From a virus, in IMG/VR virus record IMGVR_UViG_3300005253_000004, positions 1 to 64,000 of that record: a DNA stretch of 64,000 nt. One strand, 5' to 3'. The notes beneath the pieces are model-generated. The model had not been told where the DNA came from and did not search any database. It was given only the letters and a program-made list of their open reading frames with translations. Below are positions 38,580 through 47,450 of this stretch, piece after piece (the first letter of the stretch is position 1; every line of letters begins with the position of its first letter). Made by a program: the position numbers and the translations under genes.

Positions 38580-39323
38580 TCAAATGCTGGCATCCTTTTC
38601 GTACCTCGATGCCGCTACTGTGTGGTACCTTCCACAATCTACACATTGAAACTGAATCTTTCTGTGCCCTTGTGCAGTCCGCCTACGTTTCGATACTGTT
38701 GTGTTTTCGTTACCACACTCAGGACAATCACTAACGAAGTCAGCGTAATGGCTCTTCGACTTCAGATAAGGTTTCATTTTAGCGAAGACCTCACTCTGAC
38801 TAATCACGTCGCCGTCACAATACGTTATCATGTCAACTAAAGCTGCTTTATCTTTGTTGAAAACAACGTCAACCCACAACTTTGAGCCACCTGTCTCTCT
38901 CTTCTTGGAGACACCAAGGTATTTGCTGATGTAATCAAGCGATGCACTGTCAAATCGAAATAGTTTCTTCGCTTCCTTGTATGTGTCGTAGGCTATAAAG
39001 TCTGGAGACATAGCGAGTCCGTGCTTGATAGCCCGTGTCCTAATCCACTTCAAATCAAACGAGTCTGAATTATGCCCGCAAATCTCATCAGCCTCTTGAA
39101 GTACTTTGATAAACTTCTTGATCATCACTTTATCATTCTGTTTACCATCCCACTGTAGGTGGTGAACTTTCTTATTATCCTCCCACTTCCAACTGACACA
39201 GATCATAGCTGGTTCTTTCAACTGATTCTTATACGACAGATTAATGTTATGACCGGGGCGCCACGCCCAAAATAAACCCGGAGCAACTTCGATATCATAA
39301 AACAATCTCTTTATACGTCTCAT
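38580..39323 (-). CDS. DnaQ/RNase-H-like 3'-5' exonuclease with C-terminal Zn ribbon
   Basis: FYDIE, GHNSDSFD, YDT, SLDY, YCDGDV; CPECG..CVDCG. Confidence 0.88.
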   Translation of the reverse strand: MRRIKRLFYDIEVAPGLFWAWRPGHNINLSYKNQLKEPAMICVSWKWEDNKKVHHLQWDGKQNDKVMIKKFIKVLQEADEICGHNSDSFDLKWIRTRAIKHGLAMSPDFIAYDTYKEAKKLFRFDSASLDYISKYLGVSKKRETGGSKLWVDVVFNKDKAALVDMITYCDGDVISQSEVFAKMKPYLKSKSHYADFVSDCPECGNENTTVSKRRRTAQGHRKIQFQCVDCGRYHTVAASRYEKDASI

Positions 39324-39925
39324 TTGTCCTCCTTATTCAAAATCTTCTGGGCGGGCCACGTTTCGAGGTAACACGCTGCTTTCCTTAAATGCTCAATGTT
39401 ATCTTTAAACTTACCGAGGGCACGATTGCATTGACCACAGAGCAGGCCGCGTATCCTGCCTCGTCGTTCTCTAGGATTACGTTTCTTCTCTCCTTTAGAA
39501 TGTAGATGGTCTACAGCTAGTCTGCGTTGGCCTTGTAAAGGCGTTTTACTACAAATCCAACAGCCACCACCTTGTGCTTCTAGTATTGCATCATACTCCG
39601 GTACTGTTATTCCAAAGTTACGATTAAGGTTATAGTCTCTTTGTTTGAAACCTGCATTGCCTTTAGTAAGAGCAGCGAGTTCTACTTTACAAGAGTTACA
39701 TCTTCCTTCGCACGGTTGCGGGCTCTTAACTTTTGTTTCATCTGTTAATTCTATATCACATCTAATACAATGTGACTTGCATCTAAGACAGAGATACTCA
39801 ATCACTCCTTTCGCTTTGTAGAACACCTTCTTACATCTTCGACATTTTCTGTTGCCAGCCCGTTCACGCTTAGACTTATTAACCTTAGCGATATGAACTT
39901 TAGTGCATTTAGACCCCTTAAGCAC
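39320..39925 (-). CDS. Endonuclease VII-family nuclease
   Basis: FGIT..EY..Q.G.C.IC, LAVDH.H, RGLLC..CN..LG.F.D; AT-rich. Confidence 0.9.
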   Translation of the reverse strand: MLKGSKCTKVHIAKVNKSKRERAGNRKCRRCKKVFYKAKGVIEYLCLRCKSHCIRCDIELTDETKVKSPQPCEGRCNSCKVELAALTKGNAGFKQRDYNLNRNFGITVPEYDAILEAQGGGCWICSKTPLQGQRRLAVDHLHSKGEKKRNPRERRGRIRGLLCGQCNRALGKFKDNIEHLRKAACYLETWPAQKILNKEDK

Positions 39926-40385
39926 AAGGCACCACCTTCACAAGGTTCTCACTAAGGCACTCACCGAACCGCTGTACAAACCAGCCGAAATCTGAGAACC
40001 CTACAACCTCGCTCCCGTCAGCGTCAAACTTAGAATCAGTGCCTCCGAACGCACCAACAAACGCACCAAAGTCTGCGAAACCTACGATCCCGTCATCATC
40101 GAAGTCTGCGTCCCACACCCACCGTACCTCCAGCTTCTCCCCCGGCTCAGACTCACTGGCCTCGTTTCTAGCGGTGTAGTAATAATCTGATTTAGTATGG
40201 CACCCGTCCCCTCGGTCACAGACATAGGCCAGAGGGTCGTCGTTTCTGCACACCTTTATGATATTGTCAGGGTGTACCAGTGTAGTGTCGTACGCATCGT
40301 TAGTGTACAGATCGTACTCCGTAGCGTTATCCACCAGCGGTAGCATGATTAACGCGCACAGAGTGTAGGCAAGCTCAACAATCAT
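39918..40385 (-). CDS. Exported protein with dockerin-like tandem Ca-binding repeat
   Basis: N-terminal hydrophobic segment; DADFDDDGIVGFADFGAF..FG..DADGSEVVGFSDFGWF..FG. Confidence 0.75.
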   Translation of the reverse strand: MIVELAYTLCALIMLPLVDNATEYDLYTNDAYDTTLVHPDNIIKVCRNDDPLAYVCDRGDGCHTKSDYYYTARNEASESEPGEKLEVRWVWDADFDDDGIVGFADFGAFVGAFGGTDSKFDADGSEVVGFSDFGWFVQRFGECLSENLVKVVPCA

Positions 40386-40648
40386 CTTGGTGTCTTCTCA
40401 TTGAAACACACATCAACTAAGTAGCGAACGCCCATAGCAGCAAGCTGCGTCGCTTCTTTCTCTTCATCACCTGTCTCTTCTTTATGAGGCCAATACGCTG
40501 CATCTCGAAACTCGATGAACTCTTCTTCTATTATCGCTACACCCTCATGGGCAGAGCGGAATGGAGGGAACTCCTCGCAAGCTCTGAGCAACTCAGCCCG
40601 CACATCAGAAAGAGCTATCTCAATTAGTGCCATCTTGTCTTTAGTCAT
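40382..40648 (-). CDS. MazG-like all-alpha NTP pyrophosphohydrolase
   Basis: F.SAHEG.AIIEEEF.E..E..QLAAM..R..D. Confidence 0.6.
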   Translation of the reverse strand: MTKDKMALIEIALSDVRAELLRACEEFPPFRSAHEGVAIIEEEFIEFRDAAYWPHKEETGDEEKEATQLAAMGVRYLVDVCFNEKTPR

Positions 40649-40650
40649 AG

Positions 40651-41241
40651 TTACTCCCACACCCCATCAACGATCCCGTATTTCGGCATCTTCATTTTCT
40701 CCACTGGTAGCCACAGCTCATTCAACTTAGAAGGTAGCTCTCGCTTCCAGTAGTTCACTTTCTGATGTGTATGCTCAGCCATTGCTACGGCCCAGCGATC
40801 CCAACACATCTTGTTTGCAGCTACCTGTGCCTCTATTGTGTCGATGTTCTCGTCTGGGCTGTACCCGCCAATCATCTGATGCGCCATGAACAGACAGTTT
40901 CTAGAAGCGAGACGTTTATCTCCAGCTACCAGCAGTAAACCAGCAGCAGAGCATACCTCACCGATGCCAATGGTAATGATCTCGTTAGTACAGGCACGCA
41001 TCGCATCGTAGATAGCGAACATAGAAGACACTGTACCGCCTTCGCTATTGATCATGATGGTGATACCAGCCAAAGGATCGGTAATAGATAGATGCTGCAA
41101 GCTCATGATTACGTTCTCGGCCATCGAATCGTTGATTTCACCAAAGATATAAATGATGCGGTTGTCAAGATCTACCCCCCTGTCGAACATCATGTTCAAC
41201 TTGGCGAGTTCGGTATCAAGCTTAGGGACGCCTTTAGGCAA
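40651..41241 (-). CDS. clpP: ClpP-like serine protease
   Basis: RIIYIFGEI, INSEGG, AIYDAM, CSAA (Ser), RLA..N..FMAHQ (His), YGIVD. Confidence 0.9.
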   Translation of the reverse strand: MPKGVPKLDTELAKLNMMFDRGVDLDNRIIYIFGEINDSMAENVIMSLQHLSITDPLAGITIMINSEGGTVSSMFAIYDAMRACTNEIITIGIGEVCSAAGLLLVAGDKRLASRNCLFMAHQMIGGYSPDENIDTIEAQVAANKMCWDRWAVAMAEHTHQKVNYWKRELPSKLNELWLPVEKMKMPKYGIVDGVWE

Positions 41242-43045
41242 TGGAGGTTACCCCCTTCTCTTTCACGACATGCACTCGGTCATGTACTAAGTTCACTAAG
41301 TTATCCTCATTGGATATGAGTAGTACCGTTTTACCACCCTCACCACCGGACACTAGATGAGTGGTAATGAAGTTGATGATACGCTCGCAGTTCTCCGGGC
41401 TCTGATACAGGAAGGGCTCATCAAGGATCATGAACGAGGATGCCCCCTCCACCTGTATCCCCGCTAGATCTGAGAGAGCCATGCCCACTGCGAAACTGGT
41501 GAGCTGTTTCTCTGCTCCACTGAATAGTTCGAATACCTTACTGCCTGTGTCCGAGGCTGCGGTCACACAGAACTGGTCACGGGCATCGCCTGACTTCAGC
41601 AGCTTGACCGTACGAAACTTGACCTTGATCTGAGAGTTGTCCAAGTCACGGAGGTACTGGTTCGTCTGCCGCTCAAGGTAGGGGCACACCTGATTGAAGA
41701 TCATTGTCTTCAAGTCAGCACCAAAGGCGTTAGCCCAGAATCTGTAGTGTTCTCTCTCGTCTGCTAGTTTGATAACCCGAAGAGTCGCCTCCTCCTCTAG
41801 GGTCTGTTCTTCTTTCACCTGGGTATCAGCAGCGATGACGAGTTGAGCGAACGGGTTGCCGACGTTGGTGAATAACCTAATCTTCTCTTCCAGTACCGCC
41901 TTCTGGTCTTTAGTCTTGATGGTCGCTTCTAGCCCTTGAATCTCATGGCAGATCGCTATCATGGAGGCAGCGAGGTACTGCTTGGCTTCCTTCTCACCCC
42001 GCTCCGCGAGCAGCTCTTCTCGCTTAACCCTATCGTTCTTCAACGCTTCGGCGTTCAGCTCGACCCGATCTTTCGGTAGTGTCTGCTCACAGCTCGCGCA
42101 TACTTCAGGGCGTGCAGCACGACGGTCGATATCCCCTGTGAGGGTATCGATCTTGTACCCGAGGGAATTGATCGACTGACTCAACGCTCTTTCCAAAACA
42201 ACCTGCTCTTCTAGCGTTCTCGACGGCGTTGAAGGGATCGACTCCATCAGTGTCTCAATCTCCTCCTCGATGTTCTCGGTAATGAAAAGGATCTTATTCA
42301 ACTCCTTCTGTACTTGACTGAGTTCGACTGCGTTGTTAGTGTCCCACCCTGCTTCCTGTGACTGAAGGGTGTGGAGATGAGAGAGAGCGGTTCTCTCTCG
42401 CTCATGAGACATGCATCTCTCTGTCTCTGCTACTTCGACACGTTGCTCCACCAGCCGCAGCTCTTCCTTCGCCTTGTCTTTCCACTTCTCAAGAGAGTTG
42501 AGTGGGAGGATCTCTTCTATCACTGCCTTCTGCTCGCTACCCGGCAGCGCCAGAAAAGACCGCTCCCTCCCTTGCCCAAAGAAGTCCGATTGGATGAATG
42601 TTTTGTGGTCTCGCCCCAACAGTGCATTGATAAGCTCTTGGGTATCCTTCTCGTTCCTCTTGGATAAGTCCTGCCACTCTTCAAGACTAGGATCTCCTAT
42701 CGTACTCCACACAGTACGCAGCGACAGCACCAGAGAGTTAGGCTTGCGCGCCCGGTAGATCCTGTAGAGCTCCCCGTCTGTCCCTTCGAAGTGAAGGGTC
42801 ACGCCGCAGTGCTTGGCGTTCTTGATGCTGGTGTTGATGACATCGTCGGCCTTGATACCACTCACTGTCTTACCGTACATGCCCCAAGAGATACAGTGGT
42901 TAGCTACGCTGGACTTGCCGGCCATGTTCCCGTTGTTCTCATCGTTGCTCCACCCCGTGATCAGCACCAGCCCCTTGTCCTCGAGGTCGAGGTCGATGGT
43001 GCCAATCGAAAACACATTGTGGGCGTGTAAGTTTAGTAGCTTCAT
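41234..43045 (-). CDS. sbcC: SbcC/Rad50/gp46-like ATPase
   Basis: NMAGKSS Walker A, coiled coil with CASC hook, FSGAEK signature, ILDEPF Walker B; H-loop reads ISN. Confidence 0.9.
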   Translation of the reverse strand: MKLLNLHAHNVFSIGTIDLDLEDKGLVLITGWSNDENNGNMAGKSSVANHCISWGMYGKTVSGIKADDVINTSIKNAKHCGVTLHFEGTDGELYRIYRARKPNSLVLSLRTVWSTIGDPSLEEWQDLSKRNEKDTQELINALLGRDHKTFIQSDFFGQGRERSFLALPGSEQKAVIEEILPLNSLEKWKDKAKEELRLVEQRVEVAETERCMSHERERTALSHLHTLQSQEAGWDTNNAVELSQVQKELNKILFITENIEEEIETLMESIPSTPSRTLEEQVVLERALSQSINSLGYKIDTLTGDIDRRAARPEVCASCEQTLPKDRVELNAEALKNDRVKREELLAERGEKEAKQYLAASMIAICHEIQGLEATIKTKDQKAVLEEKIRLFTNVGNPFAQLVIAADTQVKEEQTLEEEATLRVIKLADEREHYRFWANAFGADLKTMIFNQVCPYLERQTNQYLRDLDNSQIKVKFRTVKLLKSGDARDQFCVTAASDTGSKVFELFSGAEKQLTSFAVGMALSDLAGIQVEGASSFMILDEPFLYQSPENCERIINFITTHLVSGGEGGKTVLLISNEDNLVNLVHDRVHVVKEKGVTSIA

Positions 43046-43377
43046 TTCTTCTCAATCAGTGCTATGGTCAAGCGGGTAACGACATTATCAAAAGAATCAG
43101 CCTTCCAATAGAAATCAGCAGGCGGGAACTTCTGCATCAACTGCGTTCGTACTTCTACCCAAAGAGTCACCGCTCGCGCGGCTTGTGCTTCGTCTTCAAG
43201 TGTCCGCTCCATAAACTCCTCTAAGAACTCAACAGATTTTGCTTGCATTTCCAGGAAGACAGCGCGCCAATCATCCTGCTTATCAGGAGGACAATTGATA
43301 ACCTTGACATGCTTACCTTTAGGAGTGTTATCACCGTTGGCGATATCAATTATTATAGTGTCTTCTTCGTTGCTCAT
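43042..43377 (-). CDS. Hypothetical protein (start MSNEED)
   Basis: GAGGAG RBS; ATGA overlaps. Confidence 0.7.
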   Translation of the reverse strand: MSNEEDTIIIDIANGDNTPKGKHVKVINCPPDKQDDWRAVFLEMQAKSVEFLEEFMERTLEDEAQAARAVTLWVEVRTQLMQKFPPADFYWKADSFDNVVTRLTIALIEKK

Positions 43378-43598
43378 TTCATTAAACTCCTCTCTTCTTC
43401 TATCTTTTCTATCTTTTCTATCTTTTCTATCTTTTCTACCGACAGTTTGCAAACACGAATAGATTCCACCTTTCGAGTTGTGCCAAACTTCTTCGCTGCC
43501 TCATAGAGACTAGTGGCTTGCACATGTTCTATACCCTTCTTCTTAATTCTAGCCTTCTGTTGCGACCAGCTAATTGAATAGATTTTAAACAGCTTCAT
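43374..43598 (-). CDS. Small hypothetical protein with (IEK)n tail
   Basis: 74 aa, AT-rich. Confidence 0.6.
   Translation of the reverse strand: MKLFKIYSISWSQQKARIKKKGIEHVQATSLYEAAKKFGTTRKVESIRVCKLSVEKIEKIEKIEKIEEERSLMK
43399..43438. repeat. 9-bp tandem repeat (TCTATCTTT)x4 plus partial
   Basis: Read directly; encodes IEK repeats in 43374-43598. Confidence 0.95.
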
Positions 43599-43794
43599 TC
43601 TTTATATCTTTTATACTTACATCTACTTCAAACTTATCACTAATTGATATTGCAAGTATTTTCATTGAAGGGAAACGTACCTTACTTAAAACAAAAGCAT
43701 CTTCAAAAGTCTCAGCAAGAAGATTAAGTGAACGTTCGTTGTCTGTGTCATCAGCAGCATTTTCTATACGATACTTTACACTATACATCTTCAT
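43585..43794 (-). CDS. Small hypothetical protein
   Basis: 69 aa, AT-rich, ATGA overlap; MKxYSV..A..F..A pattern weakly resembles 43374-43598. Confidence 0.65.
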   Translation of the reverse strand: MKMYSVKYRIENAADDTDNERSLNLLAETFEDAFVLSKVRFPSMKILAISISDKFEVDVSIKDIKNEAV

Positions 43795-44891
43795 TTCCTT
43801 AGCTCCTCTCCTATCTTTCTACGTTCAGGGGTTACTTCTTTCTGCTTTTCGTACTCTCTGATTGCATCGGGGATGTGGAGTTTGTCGCTACTAAGGGGTT
43901 GCAGCCGGTCAACCTCCTCTAGTTTCACGACAAACTCCACGGATCTTGCACCTGCCCCCGTAAACTCTTCTCGTAGTTCTTCTTGAGACGAGTGGTCGTA
44001 GTTAACGACTCGTATAAAATTCCCTTCGAACCAATCCTTCCTAAGGTTTTGACCCAAGGCTCCGAAACCCAAGGCACCGGCACTCCCTAAGTCCACGGTT
44101 ACGAACCTCGGAGCGTCAATCTTGATGAACTCCTGCTCGCCTGTGTCTGTATCATAGATGATGAAGCCTTTATCATCCCCCTCATCAGCCCAGTTCAATT
44201 GAAGCGGAGACCCTATGACCGTGGTCTTGTCCGTCACCTTCATATGTCCGTGATAATGCCCTGCGAATACATGCTGTATCCCATCAGGGATCATGTCCGT
44301 ATTGAACGCCGAGCCGGGTACGAACCCCGACTTCATAGGCACGCCGTCGATCCCAGCATGCATGAAGCAGATAGTAGGTAAACCGGCGAGGCCTTTGGAG
44401 TGTGTCTTTTCCTCTGCCTTCTTGAAGAACTCCTTGATTACCTCAACGTCCTCAGTGTAAGGCAGGTAGCTGAGCCGCCTAGGCAGACCATTGAACTCAT
44501 TGTGACCTTGCACATCCATGACGTTGACACCCAACGACTCTAGCCAGTGCATGGCGTGGGTGTTCATAGTCTTATCCGCTGTGTCGTGGTTGCCCACGAG
44601 AGCAGACGCATGGAAGGGTTTGTCGTGATACTGCATGATTGTCTCCCACCCCACGTACGCCACCCTCAACACACCGGCGTCTATCTTCCCATGGGTGTGG
44701 AACAGGTCACCACAGAACACAATCTCATCTACAGGGTTGTCTTTAAGGTAAGCACAGACCTGCTCAAACACCTTGAACCCATCAAGCAGCCTAGAGTTTA
44801 TACTCTTGAAGTTCCAAGGGTCGTAGTCCACTATACTGGACCCATAGACGTGGTTGTGAAGGTGAAGGTCGCTGAAGATTAGGATTCTCAT
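43791..44891 (-). CDS. sbcD: SbcD/Mre11/gp47-like metallophosphoesterase nuclease
   Basis: FSDLH, GDLFH, GNHD, FMH, AGHYH, GSP motifs. Confidence 0.92.
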   Translation of the reverse strand: MRILIFSDLHLHNHVYGSSIVDYDPWNFKSINSRLLDGFKVFEQVCAYLKDNPVDEIVFCGDLFHTHGKIDAGVLRVAYVGWETIMQYHDKPFHASALVGNHDTADKTMNTHAMHWLESLGVNVMDVQGHNEFNGLPRRLSYLPYTEDVEVIKEFFKKAEEKTHSKGLAGLPTICFMHAGIDGVPMKSGFVPGSAFNTDMIPDGIQHVFAGHYHGHMKVTDKTTVIGSPLQLNWADEGDDKGFIIYDTDTGEQEFIKIDAPRFVTVDLGSAGALGFGALGQNLRKDWFEGNFIRVVNYDHSSQEELREEFTGAGARSVEFVVKLEEVDRLQPLSSDKLHIPDAIREYEKQKEVTPERRKIGEELRK

Positions 44892-44980
44892 AGTTGACTC
44901 AATTCAAGCGCGATGAAGAACAACCACAAGCACACCCACCATGCCCGAGAGTACATCTTATCGAACTGCTCGTCAGTCAT
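44888..44980 (-). CDS. 30-aa membrane peptide
   Basis: Manual translation MTDEQFDKMYSRAWWVCLWLFFIALELSQL; ATGA overlaps at both ends. Confidence 0.55.
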   Translation of the reverse strand: MTDEQFDKMYSRAWWVCLWLFFIALELSQL

Positions 44981-45321
44981 ATGGCCCTCTCCAGAAAGAC
45001 AAGTGTTGTTTCAATTCCATAGCTATGGAAGCGATAAAGCGCTTGGAGTCCTTGGGGTGCTGAAGTGTGGCACTGCTCACACACGATATCGTAGAGGGTA
45101 CCCTTCCCTTCTTCATTCTCGTAGTTAATGTAATAATGAGCCATCCTATACGTGTTGAAATTAGAACACTTATGAATGAAATAAGACTTCATGGTAGTGT
45201 TACTCCAAGAAGTTGGTATCCCATAAAGGCCCCAGCTTCCATCAACATAGAGTTCAAATTGCTTTATATTGCCTATATCTGACATCGTTTGGAAGAGGTT
45301 GAAACTGGTAGGTTTCCTCAT
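44977..45321 (-). CDS. Small Zn-binding protein, dispersed paralog family member
   Basis: DGSWGL..IHKC..CEQC..APQGLQAL. Confidence 0.7.
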   Translation of the reverse strand: MRKPTSFNLFQTMSDIGNIKQFELYVDGSWGLYGIPTSWSNTTMKSYFIHKCSNFNTYRMAHYYINYENEEGKGTLYDIVCEQCHTSAPQGLQALYRFHSYGIETTLVFLERAI

Positions 45322-46376
45322 TCAAGCCCCCGACCCCACCGAGTCATGCACCCATCCTCGATGCACCAATCGATCCACTCTGTATACGCCTTGTCGATCC
45401 CGCCCCGACTGAACACTACATCAGGCCAAGCAACCCTGGCGAACTCCTCATCGTATAGCTTGTAAGCCTGAGAGCCTTTCTTATGCTCCACCCATCCGGA
45501 CTTGATCGCGGCACGGAGTAGACTCTCAGTCGTGTCGAAGCCCACCGTGTTGAGCAGCGGGGTGTCCTGCACCTCAGGATAGTCTAATTGTGATCCTTTC
45601 AGCTTTTCTATTTTAAGGCTGATCTTCTGACCGAGCCGTTTGATCTTGTCCTTGTCCGTGATCCACCCTGCATGCTTCATCGAACAACGTACAGTAGCGG
45701 CAAGCTTGATGGAGTGCCCCCCAGAGGAGTCACTCTGCTTGGCGTACTTATTGGCTGTGATGTTGGCTGTCGCATGATTGATCATGAACAAGTTAATGTT
45801 GAGTCCAGCGATGTCAGGCTGGATACGACGGATACCACCACGGATAGTCTTGGCATCTTGTGCGATCTTCTCAATCTCGCCGATGGTCTTAGCCTTCATG
45901 CCTTCAGTAGCAGCGCCAGTAACAGAGTCAACCACAATGACCAGCGGCTTGCCATCGTTGTCTTCTTCTCTTGCCTCTAGGATGTACTGGATCTGTCGGA
46001 ACATGGCGTCTACTGAGTCGGGATCACCAATACCTAAATGATAGTCAGGGTCTACACCGCAGTCCATCGCTCGTAGTTCATCCCACGACTTCTCTGTATC
46101 AAGGAACCACGCGCTACCCCCCATACGCTGCGCTTCAGCGATGGCATGATAACCTAGTGTTGTCTTACCACTGTGCTCAAATCCGAATAATTCAACACAC
46201 CGGCCTGCAGGCCAGCCCGGTTTGCCCATGTTAAAATCTAATTCAGGCAAGCCAGTACGAATACTCCAGGGGATGTTACTCTTGATGTTGATGTCGCCCG
46301 GTTTGAACACGGCTGTGTTGGAATCTTTCTTTGTCTTCTTAGACACCGCTTTGAACATGTTGTCGAAGCTACCCAT
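45318..46376 (-). CDS. recA: RecA/UvsX-like recombinase (start MGSFDN)
   Basis: TG..LD..G.P.GR.VELFGFEHSGKTT, DTE, VDSV, SGG..IK; GGGAG RBS. Confidence 0.92.
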   Translation of the reverse strand: MGSFDNMFKAVSKKTKKDSNTAVFKPGDINIKSNIPWSIRTGLPELDFNMGKPGWPAGRCVELFGFEHSGKTTLGYHAIAEAQRMGGSAWFLDTEKSWDELRAMDCGVDPDYHLGIGDPDSVDAMFRQIQYILEAREEDNDGKPLVIVVDSVTGAATEGMKAKTIGEIEKIAQDAKTIRGGIRRIQPDIAGLNINLFMINHATANITANKYAKQSDSSGGHSIKLAATVRCSMKHAGWITDKDKIKRLGQKISLKIEKLKGSQLDYPEVQDTPLLNTVGFDTTESLLRAAIKSGWVEHKKGSQAYKLYDEEFARVAWPDVVFSRGGIDKAYTEWIDWCIEDGCMTRWGRGLE

Positions 46377-46391
46377 ATAATCTCCCAGCGG

Positions 46392-46434
46392 AAAAGCGGG
46401 GGTGGCCTCCGATTTCAGAGGCCCCACCCCCGCT
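46392..46434 (-). terminator. Intrinsic terminator after SSB
   Basis: GC-rich stem agcgggggtgg..ccacccccgct followed by a T run on - strand. Confidence 0.75.
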
Positions 46435-46439
46435 AGACC

Positions 46440-47174
46440 CTATTCTACCACAGCTTCCTGGGTAGCATTGTCCGACTTCGCGTACACATCCGCCAGCTCA
46501 TCATAAGAGAGCGGAGGGTATATCTCAGTCAGATCAGTGGGTTCACCGAAGTCCACGCCCTTCGCCGCGACCTGATCCACGATGTTGGAACGTGTAGGCA
46601 CGCCCATGACCGAGTACTCAGTATCGAACCGACCCTTGCCGGTGCGTGTGACCCGCAGCTCGACACCGTTGGTGATATTGGAGATGTCCCCCCAATCACC
46701 AGCCGGATCGTTGTCGAACTCCATGAACTGCTTGAACACCATCGACCCTGACTTGACAACGAAGATACCGTCAGCTAGAGTCTTGCCGTCCGGGCTACTG
46801 TATACACAGGCGTTGTACAAGTAGGCTTGTTTCGCGTACAGTTTCTTAGCCTTCTTGATGTTTATATCTCCCTTCGCCTCGTACAGTTCCTTACCTACCT
46901 CACAGATAGGACACTCGCTGTCGTCAATCGAAGTAGGACAAGTGACCGTCCCGTACTTCCCATCAGTCCTGAGCCCGTGCTCTTTGTACGCACGGAACCA
47001 CGACTTGGCTCCCTTGACCGGAGGGAGGATACGAAGATGGGTCATCCCCGCCTTCAGGAAGAGGGTCTTCCCATCGCCTCCATCTCTGATCTTCTTGGAC
47101 TCTTCATATGCCTCACGCTGAAAGTCCGGGTCCACCTCACCAAAGCCTGCGGGCAGGCCATTCTCATCTACCAT
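46440..47174 (-). CDS. Single-stranded DNA-binding protein (gp32-like, Zn-binding)
   Basis: LRILPP, H..CP..CPICE, YLYN, DIS..G..TRTGKG..TEY; next to RecA and UvsY-like. Confidence 0.82.
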   Translation of the reverse strand: MVDENGLPAGFGEVDPDFQREAYEESKKIRDGGDGKTLFLKAGMTHLRILPPVKGAKSWFRAYKEHGLRTDGKYGTVTCPTSIDDSECPICEVGKELYEAKGDINIKKAKKLYAKQAYLYNACVYSSPDGKTLADGIFVVKSGSMVFKQFMEFDNDPAGDWGDISNITNGVELRVTRTGKGRFDTEYSVMGVPTRSNIVDQVAAKGVDFGEPTDLTEIYPPLSYDELADVYAKSDNATQEAVVE

Positions 47175-47370
47175 TATCTTCCTCCTTATCTATGGATGTA
47201 GCAAGAATCCTTTCAATGTCAGCCACAGCCTCCCAGCGGGAATTGAACCCTATAGAAGGACCGTGGGTTTGTCCTGAAGAGTCAAGAAAAACCCAATGAA
47301 ACTGTCCTGCTTTCCCTTCGTAGGGGCCTCCGTAATCTTCGTAGATTTCTATCGATAATGCAATACCCAT
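47164..47370 (-). CDS. YegP/DUF1508-like small protein
   Basis: KAGQFHW..SG..S.GF.SR.EA..I. Confidence 0.55.
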   Translation of the reverse strand: MGIALSIEIYEDYGGPYEGKAGQFHWVFLDSSGQTHGPSIGFNSRWEAVADIERILATSIDKEEDNGR

Positions 47371-47420
47371 ATCTTCTCCTCATTCAGTATCGCCGTCGTT
47401 GGCGAATTGGTTATGCTCCA

Positions 47421-47449
47421 ATTATAGCTTTTCTTTCAAACTTTTGCAA
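47421..47449 (-). promoter_or_regulatory. Sigma70-type promoter, conserved-spacer class
   Basis: TTGCAA-aagtttgaaagaaaagc-TATAAT on - strand. Confidence 0.88.
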
Positions 47450-47450
47450 C

